Of a DNA stretch of 64,000 nt, positions 24,174-36,340 are shown piece by piece. Each line of letters opens with the position of its first letter. Position 1 is the stretch's first letter. This DNA comes from Macrostomum lignano. Taxonomy: Eukaryota. Under the pieces are notes generated by a model. It was given only the letters and a program-made list of their open reading frames with translations. It ran no database searches and was not told the origin of the DNA. A program made the position numbers and the translations under genes. The stretch spans positions 558,001 through 622,000 of the forward strand of contig NIVC01000364.1 in assembly GCA_002269645.1 (NCBI GenBank), read 5' to 3'.

Positions 24174-24318
24174 TAGGTTAAGGATCTTAACCCTAAAAAG
24201 GGCCCTATTGGCCCTATATTATTATATTAATATAGTATATTTATATAATTATATAATTATACTAATATATTATAATAGGGCCAATAGGGCCCTTTTTAGA
24301 GTTAAGATCCTAAACCTA
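24174..24318. repeat. Near-perfect ~145-bp hairpin (foldback)
   Basis: TAGGTTAAGGATCTTAACCCTAAAAAGGGCCCTATTGGCCCTAT pairs with ATAGGGCCAATAGGGCCCTTTTTAGAGTTAAGATCCTAAACCTA around an AT-rich loop. Confidence 0.8.
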
Positions 24319-24609
24319 TGGGGAATCTAAGACCCAAGACTTTAGGATTGAGATCAAGATCCTATCTGACCTTTTAAAAATTTAATTTTAAAAATTTAAG
24401 TATTAAAATTTATTAATACTTATTCAATTCCATAATAAATTATAAGCCAGATAAGATTGCAAGTCTTATCTTATTGAAGAACTTGTTTAGGTATTGGTAC
24501 TAGTAACCACATAATTGGTTCTTCATTTTTGAAAGAGTATACAAGGGGTATAGTTTTGGCAATAGGGTACTAAAATCTATTGCAAGCTCATTATTCTAAA
24601 AGTAAGGGT

Positions 24610-26076
24610 TTATAGTCCTTTTATGTAGTATCCACCATTAGAGGTCAGACGGGATCCCGATCCCGAAATCTCGGGATCCCAAGGAAAATTGAATTCTCGC
24701 GGGACCAGAATCCCGACCATAAAAAACTCGAGATTCGGGAATAGGTCTTTCAATTAATAATTTATAGAATTAGTGATTACTTGAAGGTATTTTGCTTTAA
24801 CTTGTACTCGTTACATTATTTACTTTGTTGGTTACAAAACTTCATATCAATTTCATTGTGTTTTACTTCTTGATCTTGACAATCTTTTCTCAATTTTGTT
24901 TAACTTTACATGGACAATACACTAAAAGACCTGATCCCGATTCCCAAATCCCGATCCCAATCCCGAGAAAAAAATTATTCCCAATCCCAATCCCGCCCAA
25001 AGATTTCAATCCCGTTTGACCTCTATCCACCATGCTCTATGTACTTCTAATGCCTCCGTAGCCACAAATCAAAGGTGCCGCAATATTCTAATTCAGTGAA
25101 TACCCTCAACTCTGAATTGATAGCGTATGCCAGGTCTTGCTATCTTTGAAATTTGCACCTAGCCAGCCTCTCAATCAGTTTTGAGAAGGCCCAGAAGTTG
25201 CACGGAGCCAAGTCAAGGCTATAGGGTGGGTGGCAAACAGTTTTTAGCCAGTTTTCCTCTAGACAAGCTGAAGTCATCGCCACAATATGGCTTGACACAT
25301 TGTCATGGTGAAGGTAGATGCAACCTGACTCTAAGCATATGCATTGATTTTTCCACATGAAATCAATGACAGCTGGCAGGGCAGTGCTGGTGTAGAAACT
25401 GGCATTCACATTCTAGCCTTTGGGCACCATGACAACAGCTACTAGGCCACAGATGCTGAAGAACACAATGAACATCTGCTTGCACGAGCAAAATCTTAAT
25501 TGCAGAACTGTTTGATGCTCTTTATCAGCACTAATCCAAACCTTATTCTGGCTCTTGTTGGGCACCTGGAAGTAGTAAAACCATTTCTTGTCACCAATGA
25601 CAATGTCAGAGAGGCACTTAGTGCTGCTAGAACCAAAGCAATGCAAGAACTCTTGACTACAACAAACCCGCTCTTAGAGCTGCTTCTCAGTGAGCTGATG
25701 GGGCACCCAATGAGCTGTGATCTTCCTGAGCCCTAGCTGCTCATGCAGGATGGTAAAAATGCTGCCCTCAGATATGTCAAGTGTCTGGCTCAGCATGGCA
25801 ACAGAAATGTTTGGGTCACTCTTCAACCACCAGCGATTGCATAGTGCCAATGTTGCTCTTGGTCATGGCTGTGCTCGGCCTCCCAGATCGAGGGTCATCA
25901 CAGAGGCTGCTCCTGCCAGTGCCAAAAGCCTCAATCCATTATGCAATGGTGCAATAAGATGGAGCCTGATCCCCTATCACCTATGCTAAGTCGGCATGGA
26001 TTTTGGTGGCATTTTCTCCAAGTTGTGCACACATAAAAATGTAGAAGCGCATGTTTTCTGAGCTGTTATTTTCCAT
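24610..26076 (-). pseudogene. Mariner DD34D transposase pseudogene
   Basis: MENN..RFYIF..LGENATKIH, DDPRSGRPST, WVP(H)QL, IVIGDKKW, HHDNV, HPPYSLDLAPCNFW, C-terminal IEHGG/YYIKGL*. Multiple stops and frameshifts. Confidence 0.9.
24639..25025. mobile_element. hAT-type non-autonomous element (MITE), 387 bp
   Basis: TIRs TAGAGGTCAGACGGGA and TCCCGTTTGACCTCTA; exact 8-bp TSD TCCACCAT (24631-24638, 25026-25033); subterminal CCCGAT repeats. Confidence 0.88.
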
Positions 26077-26753
26077 ATTTTGTCAGAAGCTAAAATGTAG
26101 GTATGGTGTATTTTGCTTGAGCCAAAGTATATCTGCATATGCAGTTGCCAAAACTTTTTGAATGCCCCTCGTAATATAGATGATTAGTATTTTGATCTGT
26201 AGGCATGCACTAGACAAGGATGATACCAAAGAAGTTATAGCAAACAATGAGTATTAGCTTCTTAGTATCCTTGTTTTGCTTTAGAAATGTTGGCCTAAAA
26301 AGTTAGTAGAGCCTCTTGGCTACCACTGCATTCTGCAACTTAAGATTCTACTTGTAAAAGTAAGCCCATCTTGTCTAATGTCATAATATACTACAAGAAC
26401 TCATTGCCTTCTTGTCAAAAGCATCGCAATAGTTGTTTGGTGATGGCAACTTGTTGTCTCTTTTATAACTATTATGTCAGCCAAAGAGGGAAGACAGTAA
26501 TAAGAAAAATTTGCAATGTTAATGATAAAAAGTATAAATAACTTAAGTGTGCAAGAAAGGATTAAAAAAATACTAGCTGCAGGGTAGCTGTGGTAGGCTT
26601 AACAACTGCAGACATTAGAGCAATGTCTATAGATCAATTGCACAAAATTTTAAGACACCCTTGTATATATATTTTACAATATATTATATTATAAAAGTTA
26701 TAAACAATATGATTTAAAAAGTAAAAAAAGTCTTAAAAAGTGCATAAAAAGTA

Positions 26754-28620
26754 CCTTAGTGCGTCCAAAAAGTTCTTAGACACCCCTCCTATCTATGCAT
26801 CTGTTCAATTGATTTTTATAAAAATTCACACAAACATGGACCTATATGTAATGAGTTCAGTGCTTAAGTTTCAGCTTAATTGGGTTGACAGAGCAAAAGC
26901 AATCGATCATTTACTGACGAACCTACAAAATTAGCAATATGATTTTAAACTCAATAAAATGTAAAAGTTAATGAGCAAACAGTTCAAACTGACAAGTTTC
27001 AGAACTTCAAAAAACAGATCACCAATTGTGAAAATCTTCAGAAGAATCTTCATTCTGTCAAATGCACTTGTCATATCACATCGGCAACTCCTCAGTCCTC
27101 AATCCACGCCGACGACATATCCCTAGGTGTCGCTCTGATCAGCCCCTCAGCAGCAGTTTGCAGCTCAGTTTGCAGCTTGGCGAACCGCTGGCCTCTTGGA
27201 CTCATTCTGCGTGCTGAATCAGCTCTTGAACTCGTCTCCCAGAGCTGAAACTGCCGCCCTTTGTTGCAAGCAGACTTTGTATTGGTGATTCTTTTGCTGT
27301 TAAACCATCTGAGGCTGGTTCTGCATCTCAGCATCTGAATCTCTGCGCACTCTGGCTATGTTGCTATGCTGCTTACTGCTTTGTTTTTTTGCTCTTTAAT
27401 CTATGGCTAAACCTTCACAGCTTGTATTAGTATTGAATTAATTAAGGTATTTTTCAATACTCAGCGAAAGCAGTGATATTTTTCTGAATAATTTTTATAA
27501 AAATGAGCTGCAATGTCACCACTGGAGTCCAGATTTGATTCTCTTCAAAAATCATATTGCTAATTTTGTAGGCTCGTCAGTAAAAGATCGATTGCTTTTG
27601 CTCTGTCAACCCGATTAAGCCAAAACTTTAGCACTGAGTTCATTACATATTGGTCTATGTTAGAGCTCGAACGGGATCCTGATCCTGATCTCGAATTCTC
27701 GGGATCCCGAAGATTTTTCGGGAATTCGGGATTGGGATCCCGAAGGCTTAGAGAACTCGGGATTCGGGAGCACAATAGATTAATAATGAAGATGATGCTT
27801 TCAACAATCAAGAGCAGTAATCAATACTAAGCTAATTTTTGTAACAGCAACTATAGATATGTTGAAAGTCTGACCTTGAATTCACCAAATAAAGCAGCAG
27901 ATTTTTACTTAGTAACAGATTTGTAAAGAGTTGTACTCGTAAATAACGAACTAACAAGTAATGATAGTTTGTTAGGAATAAACAAATTTAATGCTTGTTC
28001 CTATGATTCGTACGACAGAAACTAAAGTGTCTGTAGAAGTGTCTGAATAAGTGTCGGCGAATGTTTAATACGTTTTTCATGAAGCGATTCCAGAAACAGA
28101 ATTTTACAAGAAAAAGCAGTATAACTAACGCAATTCAATATTACATTAATGCAGAACAGTCGCCTTTCGTGCGATTTTTAGCCACCTTGTAACTCTTACT
28201 TTCAGAAAAAGTCTACAATGGCTCTTGATTCCTTTTTATTTAGGCGCTCGAAAGTTAGCTATACTTTGCAAAAAGGGTCTGGATCAAGAATTGACAATTA
28301 GTATTGACTATTAGGGCATTAGGCTAGAGCTATTAGATCAACCATCAAGGCTGAATAGCATAGATAGTCAGATAAAACTATCCTTGAATCCTTGATTCAT
28401 TAGTTAGTAAGTTATATATTCCCAGATCCCGGATTCCCAAATCCCGAATACTAATCCCGAATCCCGATCCCGAAATTATTTTCAATCCCGATCCCGCCCG
28501 ATCCCAAAAATTCTGCTCCCGTCCGAGCTCTAGTCTATGTTTCTGCATTTTTTCATCAAACTCAATCAAACAGATGCAGAGATATGAGGGGTGTCTAAGA
28601 ACTTTTTGGATGCACTAAGG
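26754..28620. mobile_element. Non-autonomous Tc1/mariner-like element with ~195-bp TIRs, right TIR split by a hAT MITE
   Basis: TA-CCTTAGTGCGTCCAAAAAGTTCTTAGACACCCC... at 26752 mirrors ...GGGGTGTCTAAGAACTTTTTGGATGCACTAAGG-TA at 28622. The inverted match continues over 26754-26947 versus 27548-27660 plus 28541-28620. Confidence 0.8.
27661..28532. mobile_element. hAT-type non-autonomous element, 872 bp
   Basis: TIRs TAGAGCTCGAACGGGA and TCCCGTCCGAGCTCTA; exact 8-bp TSD GTCTATGT (27653-27660, 28533-28540); CCCGAT/ATCGGG subterminal repeats shared with 24639-25025. Confidence 0.88.
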
Positions 28621-29627
28621 TATAAAATGTAACTTGGGTTTTTCAATTGGTAACTTGGTATTAAGATGCAAAATTGCCTCTGAGGTCTAATTTAATGATA
28701 TTATTTAAAAATTTAGGATACTATAGCATCTCTATCATATAAAAAGCCTAGCTTAAAATAATATATGCAATATATTTGCTTCTAGGGTTTGCTACTCCCG
28801 ACTAAAGACTATCTTTTCCTTTTACTGATATATAGCAGTTACCCCCTTTAATGCTTTTTATTATCAAATAAGCTATTTAATTTTATTAACTACTTAACTC
28901 TATTATTTGACTATTAAGAAATTTATAAATTTTTAATATAGGAAAAATAGGGTTAAGTATTTGATTTGAATATCAAGTTAATTAAAGTACTTATGAGGAT
29001 TCTAGTATAGGCAGTATAAAAATAAAAGCTATATAGTAGAAAGGGTCTTTAGATTTAAAGACCAGTTTTAGTATATGGATATAGACATAGCATTTTCATA
29101 GAAAATGATTGCATTTATTAGGTAAAATTTAGGCCTTGCATATGTATTCTAATAATAAATAATTTATGTTCTATATGCAAAATTTATCCATTTTATTAAT
29201 CTTTAAATTTTTATATACTAGTTATAAAAATAATAATTATCCTTTAAATATTTCTGCTAAGAATTGGTGTCTATGCTTTTTATTACTTACACTTTAGCAC
29301 CCCAATTTGCTTAATAGCATACAACTTTTCTGTTCAAATTAATTCATGCATGTAGCATAAATTTATTGTTAAATGCCAATCTTTGTTATTTACTTATTTT
29401 CTTTTATAAACATACTATCAGTTTGGTAGTTAGTACCTTTTGCATTCTTGGCATCTTTTATTTGCCTCAGTGTCATTGCTGATTTCCTAGTTTGGTCTCT
29501 ACTAGTGTGCTCAACTGTGCATAGCAAAAAGCTGTGTGCACCCTAGCATGCTTAAAAAGGACAAGGAGACATTGTCATACAACTAGTACAAGGCATTACG
29601 GCTAATTCTACCAACTCCCATGTTTGG

Positions 29628-29783
29628 GCGCAACCTATGGATTCACTCGGCTATTTCTATTGGCAACACACACATATAAGTCGCTATTGGACAGAATAGT
29701 AGTCACGTGACTGCTCTCAGCCAATAGCGACTTACATGTGTGTGTTGCCAATAGAAACGGCTGGGTGATTCCCAAGGTTGCGC
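29628..29783. repeat. ~156-bp palindrome centred on GTCACGTGAC
   Basis: Arms GCGCAACCT..CTATTGGCAACACACACAT..AAGTCGCTATTGG and CCAATAGCGACTT..ATGTGTGTGTTGCCAATAG..AGGTTGCGC. Confidence 0.85.
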
Positions 29784-30137
29784 ATGTATGCCAACTCCCC
29801 TGAGCAGGCATACAAGTAGGCAGATATGCATATATTATGACTTGTATTTACACTTTGCTGTGCATTGGGGGATTGGCTTTCAATGACATTAATTGCATAT
29901 ATATAAATATTTAATAAATAACATAAATATATAAATAAATATAATAAATATATAAATACAATTCATAAGCCTTAGTTAGTCAAGAATTATATTTGTGTAT
30001 ATTTTGAACATAGTATATATGCATGTATTAAAATAAAAACTAAGGACTACATTTTCATAATTGATAGTCGTGAACAATATGAATCTGTCAAAACTTAGAA
30101 TTAAGTGCACAACATTCATTTCTGTTCATTCCTGAAG

Positions 30138-32776
30138 GAATATAAAGTAGTCGTGTTGGGCAGCGGCGGGGTTGGCAAGAGCGCCCTGACTGTTAAGTTT
30201 GTGTCCGGCAATTTTGTTGAGAAATATGATCCAACTATTGAGGACTTCTACAAGAAGCAGATCACGTGAGTTGACAATAAATTAATTGTGACGCAGTTCC
30301 ACTGTTAATAAAGCTGAGTTATTTAGGGTCGCATGGAAGGGGCTTGAGGTTTCTACCACTGTGCTATGCTATCCATTGAGCCAGCAAATCACGCAAGACT
30401 GATGTTATCACAGCTGGCATCAAGCTACATGTAGGTTTTGAACTTTTAGAGTCTTATTGTTAATTAGTCTTAAAGCTTATTAATGCCACAGCATTTCAGA
30501 AATTCAGGCCTTGACATCTCAACAATTCCCCCATTATGAGCCTTGACATCTCAGCAATTCCCCCCATTATGAGCCTTGACATCTCAGCAATTCCCCCATT
30601 ATGAGCCTTGACATCTCAGCAATTCCCCCCTATTATGAGCCTTGACATCTCAGCAATTCTCCCATTATGAGCCTTGACATCTCAGCAATTCCCCCAATAT
30701 GAGCCTTGACATCTCAGCAATTCCCCCCATTATGAGCCTTGACATCTCAGCAATTCCCCCAATATGAGCCTTGACATCTCAGCAATTCCCCCAATATGAG
30801 CCTTGACATCTCAGCAATTCCCCCATTATGAGCCTTGACATCTCAGCAATTCCCCCATTATGAGCCTTGACATCTCAGCAATTCCCCCATTATGAGCCTT
30901 GACATCTCAGCAATTCCCCCCATTATGAGCCTTGACATCTCAGCAATTCCCCCCATTATGAGCCTTGACATCTCAGCAATTCCCCCCATTATGAGCCTTG
31001 ACATCTCAGCAATTCCCCCATATGAGCCTTGACATCTCAACAATTCCCCCATTATGAGCCTTGACATCTCAGCAATTCCCCCATTATGAGCCTTGACATC
31101 TCAGCAATTCCCCCCTATTATGAGCCTTGACATCTCAGCAATTCCCCCTATTATGAGCCTTGACATCTCAGCAATTCCCCATTATGAGCCTTGACATCTC
31201 AGCAATTCCCCCATTATGAGCCTTGACATCTCAGCAATTCCCCCATTATGAGCCTTGACATCTCAGCAATTCCCCCATTATGAGCCTTGACATCTCAGCA
31301 ATTCCCCCATTATGAGCCTTGACATCTCAGCAATTCCCCCCTATTATGAGCCTTGACATCTCAGCAATTCTCCCATTATGAGCCTTGACATCTCAGCAAT
31401 TCCCCCAATATGAGCCTTGACGTCTCAGCAATTCCCCATATTATGAGCCTTGACATCTCAGCAATTCCCCCCTATTATGAGCCTTGACATCTCAGCAATT
31501 CTCCCATTATGAGCCTTGACATCTCAGCAATTCCCCCAATATGAGCCTTGACATCTCAGCAATTCCCCCATTATGAGCCTTGACATCTCAGCAATTCCCC
31601 CAATATGAGCCTTGACATCTCAGCAATTCCCCCCTATTATGAGCCTTGACATCTCAGCAATTCCCCCATTATGAGCCTTGACATCTCAACAATTCCCCCC
31701 TATTATGAGCCTTGACATCTCAGCAATTCCCCCTATTATGAGCCTTGACATCTCAGCAATTCCCCATTATGAGCCTTGACATCTCAGCAATTCCCCCATT
31801 ATGAGCCTTGACATCTCAGCAATTCCCCCATTATGAGCCTTGACATCTCAGCAATTCCCCCAATATGAGCCTTGACGTCTCAGCAATTCCCCATATTATG
31901 AGCCTTGACATCTCAGCAATTCCCCCAATATGAGCCTTGACATCTCAGCAATTCCCCCATTATGAGCCTTGACATCTCAGCAATTCCCCCCATTATGAGC
32001 CTTGACATCTCAGCAATTCCCCCATTATGAGCCTTGACATCTCAGCAATTCCCCCATTATGAGCCTTGACATCTCAGCAATTCCCCCATTATGAGCCTTG
32101 ACATCTCAGCAATTCCCCCCATTATGAGCCTTGACATCTCAGCAATTCCCCCCATTATGAGCCTTGACATCTCAGCAATTTCCCCATTTTGAGCCTTGAC
32201 ATCTCAGCAATTGCCCCCATTATGAGCCTTGACATCTCAGCAATTCCCCCATTTTGAGCCTTGAGTTTTGAGCCTCACTGTATAGTTGCGCAAGACAGCC
32301 GGCCACCCAGCCACCCAAATGCTGATAATAAGGCAATTTATACCTGCCTCACTCTCCCCAGTGTTGACCAGCAGCCGGCAGTGCTGGAGATTCTGGACAC
32401 GGCTGGCACGGAGCAGTTCGCCTCAATGCGCGATTTATACATAAAAAATGGCCAAGGCTTTGTTGTAGTCTTCAGCGTAACATCCATGCAGACGTTTCAA
32501 GATATACAGCAGTTGCGCGATCAGATTAACCGAGTCAAAGGCCAATCCAACAGTCCCATTGTGCTGGTTGGCAACAAGGCCGACCTGGCCGATTATCGTC
32601 AGGTAGCGCCGGACATGGGCGAGAGTCTCAGCCGAGCCTGGTCGTGTCCTTACCTGGAGGCCTCGGCCAAGACTGGCTACAACATTGAGGAGGTATTCCG
32701 CGTGGCCGTCGGCGAGATGAGCGCCGTAGCCAAGGCCAGGTCTGGTGGATCCGGATGCTGCTGCGCCATTCTCTGA
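30138..32776 (+). CDS. Rap2: Rap2 small GTPase, start codon not in the visible exon; exons 30138-30265 and 32362-32776
   Basis: [51 protein letters not shown] (Rap2-type), GNKAD, EASAK, C-terminal CCCAIL CaaX. The AC|GTGAGT donor and CCCCAG|T acceptor are in phase 2. Confidence 0.93.
30507..32270. repeat. ~32-bp minisatellite in the Rap2 intron
   Basis: CCTTGACATCTCAGCAATTCCCCCATTATGAG with a variable C-run. Confidence 0.97.
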
Positions 32777-32864
32777 CTGACTCTCGTGCACTCCCGTGTC
32801 TGCCTGTGCCCGCGTTGCTATGAGCTTCTTCTAGAGTGATGTAGATTATGTTTACAATCGCACC

Positions 32865-33155
32865 TGAAGCATTTGAGGGTGGTGTTTAGCATCGCACCTG
32901 AAGCACCTAAGGGTAGTGTTTAGCATCGCACCTGAAGTATCTGAGGGTGGTGTTTAGCATCGCACCTGAAGCACCTAAGGGTAGTGTTTAGCATCGCACC
33001 TGATGTACCTGAGGGTGGTGTTTAGCATCGCACCTGAAGCACCTGAGGGTAGTGTTTAGCATCGCACCTGAAGTACCTGAGGGTGGTGTTTAGCATCGCA
33101 CCTGGTGTTTAGCATCGCACCTGAAGTATCATGGGGTGGTGTTTAGCATCGCACT
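32865..33155. repeat. 34-bp minisatellite downstream of Rap2
   Basis: TTTAGCATCGCACCTGAAGTACCTGAGGGTGGTG. Confidence 0.9.
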
Positions 33156-33974
33156 TAAAGTACATGCTGATCTAAATATAGATTTTTGTCTTTAGAGTGG
33201 ATAGTGAGTCAAAAGTCAGTGTGCACCGCATGCAAGAAAACGTTTCAATATTGAAATTGCACAGCGTTCCACCCTAAGCCGCATGCGCGGCAGACCGACG
33301 GTCTTTTATGCTTAAAAATGAAGCGAGCCAAGATTTGACTGGTTCGAGAGACTTGAAGCTAGTTGCTAGGGCAGTATGGCGTCAGAAAATTTCCTTCACC
33401 TGTAAGACAATCCTAACGTTGCGTGCGCATTTGATCCAGGGGCTTAAGAAGGAGCCTTGTTTGTAACTCGATTACATTAGTACGCTTTAATTGAGTGAGT
33501 CAGTGCGACAGAATGTCTATTTCATATAATGCACTATGAGTGTACAAATAGTATTAGAATTTTTCAAGGTGCGCACATTTTCCTTAGTCATTCTATTGGA
33601 AGCTCTGATGTGCAAGAATTTCCACTGTTGTAAACGTATGTGCCTTTTAAAATTATCAAGAGTAGTACCGCTTTATAAATATCTGCCTGTCTGTCTATCA
33701 AAGCTATAGGTTGAAGCCTTCCATTCCCAAAATTGTTGGTCAAATAATTACATAATCACGTTGCATGCATGCCTTGATTTGCTTTGTTTTATTAAATTAG
33801 TAAACTTTAATATTCATTTATGTCAGTTTGCTATCGTATAATAATGCCCTTTTACTCAATTATGTTAACCGGAGTTTCTCTCTTTTTAAGGGAGACATCC
33901 TCCAGACGATATCACGATTGGAGAATAATTAGGCTTCTGTGTTCTGTTTAGGTATGTCATGTCTCCACCACCAT

Positions 33975-35105
33975 ACTCAGTTGCTGGGCCAGCCTCCCAG
34001 AGTGTCAGTTGCTGGGCGAGCCTCCCAGAGTGTCAGTTGCTGGGCGAGCCTCCCAGATCCTCAGTTGCTGGGCGAGCCTCCCAGATCCTCAGTTGCTGGG
34101 CGAGCCTCCCAGATCCTCAGTTGCTGGGCCAGCCTCCCAGAGTGTCAGTTGCTGGGCCAGTCTCCCAGATCCTCAGTTGCTGGGCCAGCCTCCCAGATCT
34201 TCAGTTGCTGGGCCAGCCTCCCAGAGTGTCAGTTGCTGGGCCAGTCTCCCAGATCCTCAGTTGCTGGGCCAGTCTCCCAGATCCTCAGTTGCTGGCCAGC
34301 CTCCCAGATCCTCAGTTGCTGGGCCAGCCTCCCAGAGTGTCAGTTGCTGGGCCAGTCTCCCAGATCCTCAGTTGCTGGGCCAGCCTCCCAGATCTTCAGT
34401 TGCTGGGCCAGCCTCCCAGATCCTCAATTGCTGGGCCGACCTCCCAGATCTTAGTTGCTGGGCCATCTTCCCAGATCCTCAGTTGCTTGGCCAGCCTCCC
34501 AGATCCTCAGTTACTGGGCCAGCCTCCCAGATCCTCAGTTGCTGGGCCAGCCTCCCAGAGTGTCAGTTGCTGGGCCTGCTTCCCAGATCCTCAGTTGCTG
34601 GGGCAGCTTCCCAGATCCTCAGTTACTGGGCCAGCCTCCCAGATCCTCAGTTGCTGGGCCAGCCTCCCAGAGTGTCAGTTGCTGGGCCTGCTTCCCAGAT
34701 CCTCAGTTGCTGGGGCAGCTTCCCAGATCCTCAGTTGCTAGGGCAGCTTCCCAGATCCTCAGTTGCTGGGCCAGCCTCCCAGATCCTCAGTTGCTGGGCC
34801 AGCCTCCCAGAGTGTCAGTTGCTGGGCCAGCCTCCCAGATCCTCAGTTGCTGGGCCAGCCTCCCAGAGTGTCAGTTGCTGGGCCAGCTTCCCAGATCCTC
34901 AGTTGCTGGGCCAGCTTCCCAGATCCTCAGTTGCTGGGCCAGCTTCCCAGATCCTCAGTTGCTGGGCCAGCCTCCCAGATCCTCAGTTGCTGGGCCAGCC
35001 TCCCAGAGTGTCAGTTGCTGGGCCAGCTTCCCAGAGTGTCAGTTGCTGGGCCAGCCTCCCAGAGTGTCAGTTGCTGGGCCAGCTTCCCAGATCCTCAATT
35101 GCTGG
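33975..35105. repeat. 28-bp minisatellite
   Basis: CCTCCCAGATCCTCAGTTGCTGGGCCAG with a GAGTGTC variant. Confidence 0.97.
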
Positions 35106-35769
35106 GCCACCACCGTCACCTTCCCAGAGCATAAAAATGTAACACAATGTTCGACATAGCCTTTTAAACAGTTTTTAGCCTTACCAACAGTGAATCTTTC
35201 TCAAAGCTACCGTTTATGCCTGCCACTGTTTTTCTACGATCAATATTGTGAAAACTTGATTAATTTTTAATTATCACCGGTTATTCTGAAAAATACTTAA
35301 GCAGGTAATTTTTTACTAAAGCTTTATTAACGTGCTCCGCTGCTTTAAACCCTGTCTATTTTTTGTTTAAAATATCTAAGCCTAAACAAAAGTCCCCGTT
35401 TTTATTGCCGCCGATCCCATTTTCCCTTCGTGCCCCTGAGATGGCTTTCTTCCATCGCTCCGCTCTCTTACTGCACACCTGCTGATCCTGTTGCATTTCC
35501 TAAAATTATAACTGGCTATTGTTTGCCTGCGTATATATATTGCATCAGCTACTTATATTACTTACAATTATCAATCATGTCTGTTAATAGTTTCTATAAA
35601 TTAATATTTTTCTCATTCGGTTTCCTTTCTCCCACCTTTTTGCAGTCGTGGAGTTCTAGATACGAAATCTGGATTAGGAAACTCGCTAGCCAGCTTCACT
35701 TTGCAGGTCAGCTGCCTTATAAAATCAAAATTTTTGCATCAGCTCTGTCAATAGCTTTCATAATGACCC

Positions 35770-36340
35770 TGGGGCCGATTCTAGCGCCCTCTGACACCTA
35801 TTCTAGCGCCCCTGACACCTATTCTAGCGCCCCTGACACCTATTCTGGCGCTCCCCTGACACCTATTCTGGCGCCCCCTGACAACCTATTCTGGCGCCCC
35901 CTGACACCTATTCTGGCGCCCCCGACAACCTATTCTAGCGCCCCCTGACAACCGATTCTGGCGCTCCCCTGACACCTATTCTGATGTTCCCCTGACAACC
36001 TATTCTGGCGCCCCCTGACACCTATTCTGGCGCTTCCCTGACAACCGACTCTGGCGCTCCCCTGACACCTATTCTGGCGCCCCTGACAACCTATTCTGGC
36101 GCCCCCGACAACCTATTCTGGCGCCCCCTGACAACCGACTCTGGCGCTCCCCTGACAACCGATTCTGGCGACCCCTGACACAACCTTGCACATGCGCCCC
36201 CTAGCGCCGATTCTAGCGCCCCCTAACGTCGATTCTAGAGCCCCCTAGCGCCAATTCTAGCGCCCCCTAGCGCCGATTCTAGCGCCCCCTTAGGTCGATT
36301 CTAGAGCCCCCTAGCGCCGATTCTAGCGCCCCCTGACAGT
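35770..36340. repeat. 21-23-bp minisatellite
   Basis: CCCCTGACACCTATTCTGGCG grading into CCCCTAGCGCCGATTCTAGCG. Confidence 0.9.

Larger units (their letters stand above)
24542..26171 (-). mobile_element. Decayed full-length mariner element interrupted by a hAT MITE
   Basis: Right TIR reads TA-CGAGGGGCATTCAAAAAGTTTTGGCAA on the reverse strand; left TIR is TA-CAAGGGGTAT..AGTTTTGGCAA. Length without the insert is about 1.24 kb. Confidence 0.88.
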
